A DNA stretch of 64,000 bases from contig OZ243913.1 of NCBI GenBank assembly GCA_965213705.1, positions 2,912,001 through 2,976,000 of the forward strand. The letters are read 5' to 3'. The notes beneath the pieces are model-generated. The model did no database searches. It was not told the origin of the DNA and worked only from the letters and a program-made list of their open reading frames with translations. The DNA comes from Trueperaceae bacterium. Its GTDB lineage: Bacteria > Deinococcota > Deinococci > Deinococcales > Trueperaceae. Numbering within the stretch: position 1 is the first letter of the stretch; each line of letters starts with the position of its first letter. A program made the position numbers and the translations under genes. Positions 1 to 11,055 of this stretch are shown piece by piece.

Positions 1-1
1 C

Positions 2-831
2 TCGCACATGACCTGCGGGGAGAACATCGCCTTTCCACTGCAAGCGCGGGGCGAGCCCAAAGACGAGATTCAGCGCCGCGTGCAAGAGGTGGCGAAACTG
101 CTCCGCATCGGGCACTTGCTGAACAAGCGCCCCGGCGGGCTGTCCGGCGGCGACCAGCAGCGGGTGGCGCTGGCGCGGGCACTGGTCCGCAACCCGGCCG
201 CCTTCATGATGGACGAACCCCTCGGCGCGCTCGACGCCGAGTTTCGCGAGGCGATGCGGGCCGAAATCAAGCGGCTGCACATCGAACAGGGTGCGACCAC
301 CGTTTACGTCACGCACGACCAGGTCGAGGCGATGGCGATGGGCGACAAAATCGTGGTGATGTCGGCGGCTGAAATCCAGCAGGTCGGCAGCCCTTTAGAT
401 GTTTACTACGACCCGGCGAACCTCTTCGTCGCCCGCTTTATCGGCAGTCCGGGGATGAACTTGCTGACCGGACACTTCGAGGACGGTGCGGTGCGTTTTG
501 CTGATGGCGCTGTTTACTGCCCCCCGGCCGAGTGGCAACCGAGTTTGCGCGAGGCGGTGGGAACGGGCGAGGTCGTCGTGGGTTTTCGACCCGAGGCGGT
601 GCGCTTGCACGACGGGCCGCTGAGCGCCGCAGTGGTTACGAATGAACTGCACGGCGGTTACCGAGTCGTCCATTTAGATGTCGGCGGGGAAATCGTCCAC
701 GCTCGAGGCGACCGCCACACCCGCTACGGGCGCGGCGACCGAGTTGCGTTCGACTTGGAGCCCGACCAGGTACGCTTTTTCAACCCGGCGACCGAGCGGG
801 CACTGGTTAAGGAAACGCGCAAGGTGTCGGC

Positions 832-835
<4 letters not shown>
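2..835 (+). CDS. Sugar ABC transporter ATP-binding protein (MalK type), 5'-truncated by the window edge
   Basis: LSGGDQQRVALARA signature, MDEPLGALD Walker B, YVTHDQ H-loop, TOBE-like C-terminus; Walker A lies outside the window. Confidence 0.93.
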
Positions 836-1892
<1,057 letters not shown>

Positions 1893-1896
<4 letters not shown>

Positions 1897-2744
1897 CTTT
1901 CGGCGTCAACACCTGGGTTTGGGTCTCCCCCACCACGACCGAGCGCTTGACCGAACTCGCGCCCAAGGTCAAAGGGATGGGCTTCGACCTTATCGAAATC
2001 GGGATTGAGGATGAAAGCGCGCTCGAGTACACCCAAGCCACCGACATCCTGCGCGACCACGGTTTAGCCGTAAGCCTCACCGCGGCGATGAGCCCGGACC
2101 GGGATTTACTTTTGAAAGAAACGGAGCAACAGGGCGTAGCGTATATCAAACACTGCATCGACGCCTGCCACACCCTCGGCGGCAGCGTCGTGGCGGGGCC
2201 GATGTACTCGGCAGTGGGGCGCGTTTGGGAAGCGACACCGGAAAGCCGGGAGCGTGAGACCGAAACCCTCGTTACGCACCTAAAACAACTCGCCGAGTAC
2301 GCGCACGACCGCGGCGTCGTCCTCTGCGTCGAGCCCTTAAACCGTCTTGAGACGAGCTTCATCAACACGACCGAGCAGATAAACGAGATTATCGACCGCG
2401 TCGGACATGAGGCTTGCAAAGTTCTACTCGACACCTTTCACATGAACATCGAAGAAAAGTCCCTCGGCGACGCCATTCGTGCCTGCGGGCTGCGCTTGGG
2501 ACACTTTCACGCCTGCGAGAACGACCGGGGTGCGCCCGGTAGCGGCAACGTGACCTGGGCTGAGGTCGCTGCGGCGTTGCGCGACGTTCATTATGACGGT
2601 GCCGTGGTCATCGAATCGTTTACCAGTGAGGTCAAGTCAATTGCAAAGGCCGCCGCCATCTGGCGCGCCTTCGAGCCGAGTCAGGACGCGCTCGCCGAAA
2701 ACGGTCTGGCGTTTTTGAAAGAACTGCTCGAGGCGCAGGCGTGA
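1893..2744 (+). CDS. Sugar phosphate isomerase/epimerase (D-psicose/D-tagatose 3-epimerase family)
   Basis: EPLNRxE, LDTFHMNIEE, HFHACENDRGAPGSG and IESF metal-binding motifs. Confidence 0.88.
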
Positions 2745-3946
2745 AGACGGTTCTCCTCATCGGCACGCTCGACACCAAGGGGGAAGAATACGCCTTTGTC
2801 CGCGACCTCATTCAAGAACGCGGACACGACGTTCTGATGATGAACACAGGCATTTTCCCTACTGACTCGAGCGCGGACATTACGCCTGAAGAGGTGGGCC
2901 AGGCGGGCGGCGGCGACCTAGCCGAGTTGCGAAAAGCTGAAGACCGCGGCGCGGCGATGTCGGTCATGGAGCGGGGCGTGGCGGTTTTGACAAAAGAGCT
3001 GTTCGAGGCGGGGCGCATCGACGCCGTCCTCGGCCTAGGCGGCTCGGGCGGGACGATTCTCGCCACCGCCGGGATGCGCGCCCTCCCCGTCGGCGTGCCG
3101 AAAATCATGGTCTCGACCGTGGCCTCGGGCGACGTGGCTCCTTATGTCGGCGTCAAAGACATCGCCATGCTGTATTCGGTCGTGGACATCGCGGGGCTTA
3201 ACCGCCTGTCGCGAAAAGTGCTCGGCGACGCCGTCGGCATGGTTTGCGGCGCGCTCGAGCAAAGCGTCCCGGAGCAGGAGACAAAACCTCTCATCGCCGC
3301 GACGATGTTCGGCGTGACGACGCCCGCCGTGACCAAAGTGCGGGAACAGCTCGAGGCCGCCGGTTACGAGGTCGTCGTGTTCCACGCCACCGGCAGCGGC
3401 GGGCGGGCGATGGAGGGACTGGTCGAAGACGGCTTCGTCAGCGCCGTCGCCGACCTCACCACCACCGAACTCGCCGACGAGCTTGTCGGCGGCGTGCTCT
3501 CCGCCGGGCCGGAACGCTTGGAAGCAGCGGGCGCACAGGATATCCCGCAGGTCGTGTCGGTGGGCGCGCTCGACATGGTGAACTTTTGGGCGTTCGAGAC
3601 GGTTCCAGACAGGTTTCGTGACCGCAATCTTTACCGGCACAACGACAACGTGACCCTCATGCGCACCACGCCGGAGGAAAATCGCGACCTCGGGCGTATC
3701 CTCGCCGAAAAGCTCAACCGGGCCACCGGGGAAACCGTCCTCGTGCTGCCGCTGCGCGGCGTGAGCATGATAGACGCCGAGGGGCAACCGTTTCATTCAC
3801 CCGAAGCGGATGAAGCGCTGTTCGGCGCGTTGCGCGACCATCTCAATGACCGTGTGAAGGTGCTCGAGCTTGACGCCCACATCAACGACGACGCCTTTGC
3901 CGAAGCGTACACAAAAGAACTGTTAGCACTCCTGGAGGACAAATAA
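2741..3946 (+). CDS. Tm-1-like ATP-binding domain protein (UPF0261)
   Basis: [11 protein letters not shown]-terminus, [43 protein letters not shown], HINDxxFA. Confidence 0.92.
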   Translation: MKTVLLIGTLDTKGEEYAFVRDLIQERGHDVLMMNTGIFPTDSSADITPEEVGQAGGGDLAELRKAEDRGAAMSVMERGVAVLTKELFEAGRIDAVLGLGGSGGTILATAGMRALPVGVPKIMVSTVASGDVAPYVGVKDIAMLYSVVDIAGLNRLSRKVLGDAVGMVCGALEQSVPEQETKPLIAATMFGVTTPAVTKVREQLEAAGYEVVVFHATGSGGRAMEGLVEDGFVSAVADLTTTELADELVGGVLSAGPERLEAAGAQDIPQVVSVGALDMVNFWAFETVPDRFRDRNLYRHNDNVTLMRTTPEENRDLGRILAEKLNRATGETVLVLPLRGVSMIDAEGQPFHSPEADEALFGALRDHLNDRVKVLELDAHINDDAFAEAYTKELLALLEDK

Positions 3947-4773
3947 TGCCGTTTATCCCACGGGCCGAAGCTTTGAGGCGTCTCCGTGCCCAGGTCGAGG
4001 CGCAAAAACCCATCATCGGGGCTGGGGCCGGGACGGGGATTTCGGCCAAGTTCGCCGAGCGGGGCGGCGTCGACATCATCATCTACAACTCCGGGCGCTA
4101 CCGCATGGCGGGGCGGGGCTCGCTGGCGGGACTCATGCCCTATGGCGACGCCAACGCCATCGTGATGGACATGGGCCGCGAGGTGCTGCCGGTCGTCGAG
4201 GACACGCTGGTGCTGGCGGGCGTGTGCGGCACCGACCCGTTTCGGATGATGGGGCGCTTTTTGCAAGAGGTCAAAGACGCGGGCTTCGACGGGGTGCAGA
4301 ACTTCCCGACGGTCGGCCTCATCGACGGGACACTCCGCACCGGCTTGGAGGAAACCGGCATGGGCTACGCGCTCGAGGTCGAGATGATTCGTCAAGCGCA
4401 CGACCTGGACCTTCTCACCTGCCCTTACGTGTTCGACCCGGAAGATGCGAGGGCGATGACGAAGGCCGGGGCCGACTTCCTCGTCGCCCACATGGGACTG
4501 ACGGCGAAAGGCTCCATCGGCGCGACGACCGCCCTCACGCTGGACGAGAGCGCCGCGCGGATTCAGGCCATCCACGACGCCGCTAAAGAAGTTCGAGACG
4601 ACATACTGGTGATTTGCCACGGCGGCCCCATCGCCGAGCCCGAGGACGCGCAATATATCCTCGAGCACACCGAAGGAATCGTGGGCTTTTTCGGGGCCTC
4701 GAGCATCGAACGCCTCGCCACCGAGACGGCGATTGAAGCACAAGCCGCCAAGTTTAAGGCCCTCAAAGTTTAG
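3946..4773 (+). CDS. Phosphoenolpyruvate-hydrolase-like TIM-barrel protein (TIM-barrel signal transduction family)
   Basis: [51 protein letters not shown]. Confidence 0.92.
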   Translation: MPFIPRAEALRRLRAQVEAQKPIIGAGAGTGISAKFAERGGVDIIIYNSGRYRMAGRGSLAGLMPYGDANAIVMDMGREVLPVVEDTLVLAGVCGTDPFRMMGRFLQEVKDAGFDGVQNFPTVGLIDGTLRTGLEETGMGYALEVEMIRQAHDLDLLTCPYVFDPEDARAMTKAGADFLVAHMGLTAKGSIGATTALTLDESAARIQAIHDAAKEVRDDILVICHGGPIAEPEDAQYILEHTEGIVGFFGASSIERLATETAIEAQAAKFKALKV

Positions 4774-4776
4774 GAG

Positions 4777-5193
4777 ATGCCCGTGAAACGAATAGGCAGC
4801 TGCACCGTGACCCGCGCCGACGATGTCGACACGCTCGCGTTCGACTGGGGCAAAATTCACATGCTGAGTGAGGCGCGGGTGACCGGCGCGCAATCGTTCA
4901 GCTTCGGCCTGGTCGAACTTACCGCCGGCCAAGGCCACGTGCGGCACAATCATCCTACGGCAGACGAGGTCATCTATGTCCTGTCCGGCGAGGGTGAGCA
5001 GATGCTGGACGACAAAGACACCGTGCCGGTCAAAGCCGGTGACTGCATCTGGATTCCCAAAGGCGTCTACCACTCCACCGTCAACCGGGGCGAGGATGCC
5101 ATGCGCCTCATCGTCGTCTACGCCCCCGCCGGGGCCGAACAAGCCTTGCGCGAAGACTCGAGCGTCAACATTGTCCCGGCCGAAGGAGGCTGA
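4777..5193 (+). CDS. Cupin domain protein
   Basis: HxxHNHPTADEVIYVLSGEG and GDCIWIPKGVYH cupin motifs; AGGAG SD upstream. Confidence 0.9.
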   Translation: MPVKRIGSCTVTRADDVDTLAFDWGKIHMLSEARVTGAQSFSFGLVELTAGQGHVRHNHPTADEVIYVLSGEGEQMLDDKDTVPVKAGDCIWIPKGVYHSTVNRGEDAMRLIVVYAPAGAEQALREDSSVNIVPAEGG

Positions 5194-5197
5194 GGCC

Positions 5198-5995
5198 GTG
5201 CAAGCGAGTGCGCCGCGAAGCAAGTACCGGGGGCCTGTCGTGTGGCTGGGCGGCTCGGCCCTGGTCGCCTTTTTAATCGGCCTCGTCTTTATCCCCTTCA
5301 GCCGCGCCGTGCTCTCCGAAGCGGCGCGGCGCGAGGTCATCGTTCAGGCGATTCCTTTCGTGGCTATTTTCTTGGGCGTTCTGCTGCTTTTTATCCTGAG
5401 CGTCGCCCTCGTTGGGCTGCGCTGGCACCTGCTCGTACCCGCTCGAACACACCGTGCGGTGGAGTTTACGACGATTGTGGGCATCGTCGCGGGCATCTTC
5501 TTCTTGTTCCAGCCCTGGCACCTTGCCCCCTACCACTACGGCTTCGGGATGCTTCTAGGGGCAACTCTGGCGTTTATCGTCTGGAGCCACATTGCGCCGC
5601 GCGGGTCAAAAGACGACGCGCTGTTGCCGCCTTTTACGAGGCGGGCGACCGTCGTGGGGATTTTGGCTGCACTTCTCCTGTCGGGAGCTATTTTCGCCTA
5701 TTACGCCGTCGACGCGCAGCCTGCAGAGCCGTACGGGATGCGGGCGCGGCGCTGGGCGACGCTGAGCGAGGCGCAACAAGCGGAAGTGGTCGCCGCGGCC
5801 GCGACGGACTACCGCCGAATCTACCTGCCGTTTTTGGCTCTTTACAGCCTCATTCCCGGTTTCGCCGTCTTTTTCATCGTGCGGGAGGCACTGACGCCTA
5901 AGGCTAAGCTCGAGCCCCACCCGGAACCCGGCCCGGAGCACGGCCCGCCCCACACCGTGGCCGAACTCGAGGGCACACAGCCCCGTCAGCCGTGA
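5198..5995 (+). CDS. Hypothetical multi-pass membrane protein
   Basis: About 6 hydrophobic segments; start re-assigned to GTG 5198 after GAAGGAGG SD (ORF track start 4976 overlaps the cupin gene). Confidence 0.75.
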   Translation: MQASAPRSKYRGPVVWLGGSALVAFLIGLVFIPFSRAVLSEAARREVIVQAIPFVAIFLGVLLLFILSVALVGLRWHLLVPARTHRAVEFTTIVGIVAGIFFLFQPWHLAPYHYGFGMLLGATLAFIVWSHIAPRGSKDDALLPPFTRRATVVGILAALLLSGAIFAYYAVDAQPAEPYGMRARRWATLSEAQQAEVVAAAATDYRRIYLPFLALYSLIPGFAVFFIVREALTPKAKLEPHPEPGPEHGPPHTVAELEGTQPRQP

Positions 5996-6050
5996 CTGGG
6001 CCTAGACAGGACAGCGGAGGTGCGGCTAAAAGGTTTCGACTTTGCTTTCC

Positions 6051-6114
6051 ACTTTTCACTCGGTACTTTTCACTCGGTACTTGGTACTTTCTCCGTCTAG
6101 CATGAGGCTATAAT
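6051..6114 (+). promoter_or_regulatory. Two tandem ACTTTTCACTCGGT 14-mers plus a TATAAT -10 box upstream of the 6139 operon
   Basis: Direct repeats at 6051-6064 and 6065-6078; TATAAT at 6109-6114; GGAGG SD before ATG 6139. Confidence 0.5.
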
Positions 6115-6138
6115 CTCGTCAACCTATGGGAGGTAACC

Positions 6139-7143
6139 ATGCCAAGACCCGTCACCCTGTTCACCGGCCAATGGGCCGACTTGCCCCTGAAAGAGCTTGC
6201 CCCGCTCGCCAAAGAGATGGGCTACGACGGCCTCGAGCTAGCTTGTTGGGGCGACCACTTCGACGTGCAAAAGGCGCTTCAAGACGGTAAGTATGTGCAA
6301 GGTCGCTGGGACATCTTGAACGAGCATGGCTTGAAGTGCTTCGCCATCAGCAACCACCTCGTCGGGCAAGCGGTCTGCGACCCCATCGACGAGCGCCACA
6401 AAGCGATTGTGCCCGAGCACGTCTGGGGTGACGGCGACCCGGAAGGCGTGCGGCAACGCGCAGCCGAGGAGATGAAGGACACCGCTAGGGCTGCTGCTAA
6501 ATTCGGCGTCAAAGTCGTGCCGGGCTTTACGGGTTCGTCCATCTGGCACTCGATTTATGCGTTTCCGCCGACCGGTCAAGACTATTGGGACAAGGGTTTT
6601 GAGGATTTCGGCACACGTTGGATGCCGATTCTCGAGGTGTTCGAAGAAGAGGGTATCAACTTCGCCCTAGAAGTCCACCCGACCGAAATCGCCTTTGATA
6701 TTGCCTCGGCAGAGCGGGCGCTGGAAGCAGTTAACAACCACAGACGCTTCGGTTTCAACTACGACCCCTCGCATCTCGGTTATCAAGGCGTGGACTACGT
6801 GAAGTTTATCCGCACCTTCCCCGACCGCATTTTCCACGTCCACATGAAGGACGCCTGGTGGGGCCACGGCACGGGCGAGGCGGGCGTGTTCGGCGGGCAC
6901 ACGACCTTCGGCGACGCGCGGCGCTACTGGGACTTTCGCAGCGTGGGGCGGGGGGACGTGAACTTTGAGGAGATTATCGTGGCGCTGAACGACATCGGTT
7001 ATGACGGGCCGCTAAGCATCGAGTGGGAGGACTCGAGAATGGACCGGGTTCACGGCGGCACCGAGTCGGCGGCGTTTACGAAGCGGCTCGACTTTGCGCC
7101 CTCGAGTACGGCGTTCGATGCGGCGTTTGAAAAAAAGGAGTAG
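6139..7143 (+). CDS. Xylose-isomerase-like TIM barrel (IolE/AP-endonuclease-2 family sugar isomerase/dehydratase)
   Basis: [44 protein letters not shown] motifs. Confidence 0.88.
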   Translation: MPRPVTLFTGQWADLPLKELAPLAKEMGYDGLELACWGDHFDVQKALQDGKYVQGRWDILNEHGLKCFAISNHLVGQAVCDPIDERHKAIVPEHVWGDGDPEGVRQRAAEEMKDTARAAAKFGVKVVPGFTGSSIWHSIYAFPPTGQDYWDKGFEDFGTRWMPILEVFEEEGINFALEVHPTEIAFDIASAERALEAVNNHRRFGFNYDPSHLGYQGVDYVKFIRTFPDRIFHVHMKDAWWGHGTGEAGVFGGHTTFGDARRYWDFRSVGRGDVNFEEIIVALNDIGYDGPLSIEWEDSRMDRVHGGTESAAFTKRLDFAPSSTAFDAAFEKKE

Positions 7144-7155
7144 CATTCACGAGCA

Positions 7156-7389
7156 ATGACTTCGACGCTAACCAGCAACGGACGAATCACGATTCCCAAA
7201 GCTATTCGTGACCAGTTGGAACTGCGTGAGGGCGACCGGCTCGAGTTCGTCCTCTACCCGGACGGCACCCTCTCACTCATCCCCAAAACCCATGATGTCC
7301 GCGAGTTGCAAGGCAGCTTGCCCCCACCTGTCAGGGCGCTGACCCTTGAGCAAATGGACGAGGTTCTCGGTAAAAGAGCAGCAAAATAG
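7156..7389 (+). CDS. AbrB/MazE/SpoVT-family DNA-binding (antitoxin-like) protein
   Basis: TLTSNGRITIPKAIRDQLELREGDRLEF swapped-hairpin signature. Confidence 0.88.
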   Translation: MTSTLTSNGRITIPKAIRDQLELREGDRLEFVLYPDGTLSLIPKTHDVRELQGSLPPPVRALTLEQMDEVLGKRAAK

Positions 7390-7418
7390 TTTCACCAGAA
7401 GGTGATAGGCTTTCAACT

Positions 7419-7676
7419 ATGAAACGCTTGACATTCACGATTCCGGATGATTTAGAGGCGTTTCTCGAGGAGTATTTTTCTGAACAGGACACCCCACCGA
7501 GTTTCACGACCCTTGTGCAAACAGCCTTACGGGAGTACATCCTCAATGAACGCTTGCGAGAGCGGGGTTACCAACCGCCCCAAGAACCTTTTCATGTGGA
7601 ACCCCTCGAGGAAAAAGACGACCAAGGCGAGCCCGACGTGAGCATCAACCACGATGCTTATTTCGGCAAACCTTGA
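7419..7676 (+). CDS. Ribbon-helix-helix (CopG-like) antitoxin-like protein
   Basis: MKRLTFTIPDDL beta strand, LVQTALREY helix, C-terminal DVSINHDAY motif typical of VapC-partner antitoxins. Confidence 0.7.
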   Translation: MKRLTFTIPDDLEAFLEEYFSEQDTPPSFTTLVQTALREYILNERLRERGYQPPQEPFHVEPLEEKDDQGEPDVSINHDAYFGKP

Positions 7677-7700
7677 ACGCAATTTAGTAGGATTTTTAAG

Positions 7701-8681
7701 ATGACTGAAAAGACCTCACCGTTTTTGGAGTGCTTAAACGAAAAAGCACATCCTTTGGAAGTATATTTCTATGAGGACTACGAAACTTCTAATTGGGACA
7801 ACGTTCTCAGTCAAAAAGTTCAGCCTAACTCAGGGCATTACTTGTATCACTACACAAATCAGCAGGGTGCTTTCGGAATCCTCGAGTCCAAATCCATTTG
7901 GGCGTCTGACCCTATATTTCTAAATGACAAACAGGAAATGCGTTTGGGAATATCAGCTCTGGACAAGGCGTTTGCAGGGGTTAAAAGTGAAAAGCCTGAA
8001 GATTACGAAAAAGTAGAGTTGGCTCACGGTTGGTTAACTGAAATTGCAGATAAGCATGGCAATGAGTTTAATGGGCTTATACGTCAACGGGCTTATACAG
8101 TCAGCCTCACTACCAAACCTGACGATTTGAGCCAGTGGCGGGGCTATGGTGGGGCAGCCGGTGTAGCGTTGGGTTTTGAACTGAATTTACTCGAGGGCGC
8201 TCGTCCCCAACCCTTTTTTGCCCCCTTACTCTACGGAACCGAGACAATGTTTACGAAGCTGTTACATGAAGATATAATCTATACGCTAGAGAATCTAAAC
8301 TACACAGAGTTAAGTGACCGCAATAATGCGCTTATTACTCGCTATGCAACTTTATTACCGCTAATCAAGCATGAAGCCTTTGAGACTGAGCAAGAATGGC
8401 GGCTGGTTGTTACGGGCGACCGGATGGACTCACTAGAAACGGAATGGCGTTCCACTTTTAGTTACGCCATTCCGTACACTAAGGTTGCTCTTTGGAAAAA
8501 TGAAAAGCAAACGCCTTTCTGCGTAGGAGGCAAGCAACTATCGCCATCACAACCCGATAGAAAACCTCACGAAGGCTGCTATGCCGTCTTAGGCCCAGGA
8601 GCGAGTGACCTAGCAGAGCACTATTTCGATAGCAAACTCAATTCCCGTTTCGGTAGAAGCTCTGTTCCTTACAGAATTTAG
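7701..8681 (+). CDS. DUF2971 family protein (low GC, likely acquired)
   Basis: LYHYT..GAFGIL..IWAS...LND, DDLSQWRGYG, KHEAFETEQEWR; visibly AT-richer codon usage than neighbours. Confidence 0.8.
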   Translation: MTEKTSPFLECLNEKAHPLEVYFYEDYETSNWDNVLSQKVQPNSGHYLYHYTNQQGAFGILESKSIWASDPIFLNDKQEMRLGISALDKAFAGVKSEKPEDYEKVELAHGWLTEIADKHGNEFNGLIRQRAYTVSLTTKPDDLSQWRGYGGAAGVALGFELNLLEGARPQPFFAPLLYGTETMFTKLLHEDIIYTLENLNYTELSDRNNALITRYATLLPLIKHEAFETEQEWRLVVTGDRMDSLETEWRSTFSYAIPYTKVALWKNEKQTPFCVGGKQLSPSQPDRKPHEGCYAVLGPGASDLAEHYFDSKLNSRFGRSSVPYRI

Positions 8682-8737
8682 TGAAGCCACCTAACTGAAA
8701 AGGAGATTATTGATGCAGCGATTACAAAGGAGTATCT

Positions 8738-9895
8738 GTGATAAATAAACTCACATACGGCATGGTCGGCGGCGGGCGCGACGCCTTTATCGGCGCGGTC
8801 CACCGCAAGGCGGCGGCGCTCGACGGCGAAATCGACTTCGTTGCGGGGGCGCTGTCGTCCAACCCCGACAAGGCGAAAGCCTCCGGGCGAGGCTTGGGCT
8901 TGGCCGACGACCGGAACTACGGGACGTGGGAAGAGATGCTCGAGAAAGAATCAGCCCGGCCCGAGGGCGAACGCATCGACTTTGTCTCTATCGTCACGCC
9001 GAACCACGTGCATTATCCGGTCGCCAGAGCCTTTGCGGAGGCAGGGTTCAACGTCGTTTGCGACAAGCCGCTCGTCCACACGAGCGAGCAAGCGAACGAC
9101 CTCGTCAAGACTGTGGACGATACGGGCGTCGTGTTCGCGGTCACTTACAACTACACCGGCTACCCGATGATTCGCCAGGCGCGCTGCATGGTGCAAAACG
9201 GCGACTTGGGCGCGTTGCGTAAAGTTATCGTCGAGTACAACCAGGGTTGGCTGGCGACGCGGCTCGAGGCGACCGGCGCAAAGCAAGCCGACTGGCGCAC
9301 CGACCCGGCTCGGTCGGGCGCGGCGGGGGCCATCGGCGACATCGGTTCGCACGCGGAAAACCTCGTCGCCACGGTTACGGGGTTGGAATTGAGCCACATC
9401 TGCGCCGACCTGACGACGTTTGTAGAGGGGCGGCAACTGGACGACGACGGCAACCTACTCTTGCGCTTCGAGGGCGGTGCCAAAGGCGTGCTCATCGCCT
9501 CACAAATCGAGGTCGGGATGGAAAACGATTTGCGCCTGCGCGTGTTTGGGGAAAAGGGCAGTTTGTCCTGGTATCAGGAAAACCCGAATTACCTCATTCA
9601 CGACACTTTGGACAAGCCGCGCCAGGTGCTCACGCGCGGCAGCGATTACTTGTGTGAGGCTGCGAAAAAGGCGTCGCGCTTGCCGACCGGCCATCCGGAA
9701 GCGTTCATCGAGGCCTTTGCCAACGTGTATTTAGGCGCGGCCGAGGCGATGCGTGCCAAAAAGGAAGGCCGGGAGCCGGCAGGCGATTTTCCGACCGTCT
9801 ACGACGGCGCAAGAGGCATCCACTTTATCGAAAAGACTGTTCAGAGCGCACAATCCGAGCAAAAATGGACCGAAGCCAAATGGAGGAAGCCGTGA
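8738..9895 (+). CDS. Gfo/Idh/MocA family oxidoreductase
   Basis: [40 protein letters not shown]. Confidence 0.93.
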   Translation: MINKLTYGMVGGGRDAFIGAVHRKAAALDGEIDFVAGALSSNPDKAKASGRGLGLADDRNYGTWEEMLEKESARPEGERIDFVSIVTPNHVHYPVARAFAEAGFNVVCDKPLVHTSEQANDLVKTVDDTGVVFAVTYNYTGYPMIRQARCMVQNGDLGALRKVIVEYNQGWLATRLEATGAKQADWRTDPARSGAAGAIGDIGSHAENLVATVTGLELSHICADLTTFVEGRQLDDDGNLLLRFEGGAKGVLIASQIEVGMENDLRLRVFGEKGSLSWYQENPNYLIHDTLDKPRQVLTRGSDYLCEAAKKASRLPTGHPEAFIEAFANVYLGAAEAMRAKKEGREPAGDFPTVYDGARGIHFIEKTVQSAQSEQKWTEAKWRKP

Positions 9896-11055
9896 GTTAC
9901 GAACCCCGCAAAGAAGACAAGTTCAGTTTCGGCCTGTGGACGGTCGGCAACGTCGGGCGCGACCCCTTCGGCGAGCCGACGCGGGAACCTTTACAGCCTA
10001 CCTACATCGTGCAAAAACTCAGCGAGTTGGGCGTGTGGGGCGTCAACCTCCACGACAACGACTTAGTACCCATCGACGCTACAGCGAGCGAGCGTGACCG
10101 CATCGTCAAAGAGTTCAAGCAAGCGCTGGACGATTACGGCCTGGTCGTGCCGATGGCGACGACGAACCTGTTCACCGACCCGGCCTTCAAGGACGGCGCG
10201 TTCACCTCGGCGGATGCTCGAGTGCGGGCCTACGCCGCGCAAAAGGTGTTGAACGCTATCGACTTAGGCGTCGAATTGGGCGCGGAGACGTTCGTGTTCT
10301 GGGGCGGGCGTGAGGGCTCGGAAGTTGACGCGACGAACAACCCGCTCGAGAGCATCGCCTGGTTCCGGGACAGCCTCAACTTTTTTTGCGAGTACGTCAA
10401 AGACCAAGGGTATGACTTGAGGTTCGCCATTGAACCCAAACCGAACGAGCCGCGCGGCGACCTTTACCTGCCCACGGTCGGCTCGGCGCTCGGCTTTATC
10501 GCCACTCTGGACCATCCCGACATGGTCGGCGTCAACCCCGAGTTCGCCCACGAAACGATGGCGGGGCTGAGTTTCGTCCACGGCGTCGCGCAGGCGCTCG
10601 ACGCGGGCAAACTGTTTCACATTGACCTGAACGACCAGAAACCGGCCCGTTTCGACCAGGACTTGCGCTTTGGGGCCGAGAACCAAAAGGCGGCGTTTTT
10701 GCTCGTGAAACTCTTAGAGGACAACGGCTACAGCGGCCCCAAACACTTCGACGCCCACGCGTTGCGCACCGAGGACGAGGCCGGGGTCTGGGAATTCGCC
10801 AAGGGCTGTATGCGCACCTACCTCATCCTGAAAGAAAAAGTGGCGCAGTTCAACGCCGACCCTGAAATAAAAGAAGTGTTGCAAGCATACAAAGTCGAGG
10901 ATGCGGAACTCGAGACCTTGAGCAAAACCTACAGCCGCGACAATGCCGAAGCGTTGAGAAACCGCACCTTCGACCGCGTGGCGCTGGGCAAGCGCGGCCC
11001 CGGCCTCGAGAAGCTCGACCAGATGACCGTCGAGGTGCTTTTAGGGGTGCGCTAG
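9892..11055 (+). CDS. xylA: Xylose isomerase (class I)
   Basis: [55 protein letters not shown] 9892 after GGAGG. Confidence 0.96.
   Translation: MSYEPRKEDKFSFGLWTVGNVGRDPFGEPTREPLQPTYIVQKLSELGVWGVNLHDNDLVPIDATASERDRIVKEFKQALDDYGLVVPMATTNLFTDPAFKDGAFTSADARVRAYAAQKVLNAIDLGVELGAETFVFWGGREGSEVDATNNPLESIAWFRDSLNFFCEYVKDQGYDLRFAIEPKPNEPRGDLYLPTVGSALGFIATLDHPDMVGVNPEFAHETMAGLSFVHGVAQALDAGKLFHIDLNDQKPARFDQDLRFGAENQKAAFLLVKLLEDNGYSGPKHFDAHALRTEDEAGVWEFAKGCMRTYLILKEKVAQFNADPEIKEVLQAYKVEDAELETLSKTYSRDNAEALRNRTFDRVALGKRGPGLEKLDQMTVEVLLGVR

Noticed and set aside
4072..4086. Possible one-codon deletion in an ATC triplet run of the TIM-barrel gene (DIIIYNS)
   Set aside because: Based only on my recollection of homologs having one more hydrophobic residue; the frame is intact and it cannot be verified without an alignment
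3793..5340. Long antisense or alternate-frame ORFs (also 16321-17646, 29458-30741, 42019-43140, 55764-56948, 61554-63035)
   Set aside because: They shadow well-supported genes, are Arg/Gly/Pro-rich without motifs, and are expected in high-GC DNA
8714..8749. Mini-[14 protein letters not shown] behind an SD upstream of the oxidoreductase
   Set aside because: Too short to support; more simply a duplicated SD at the islet boundary
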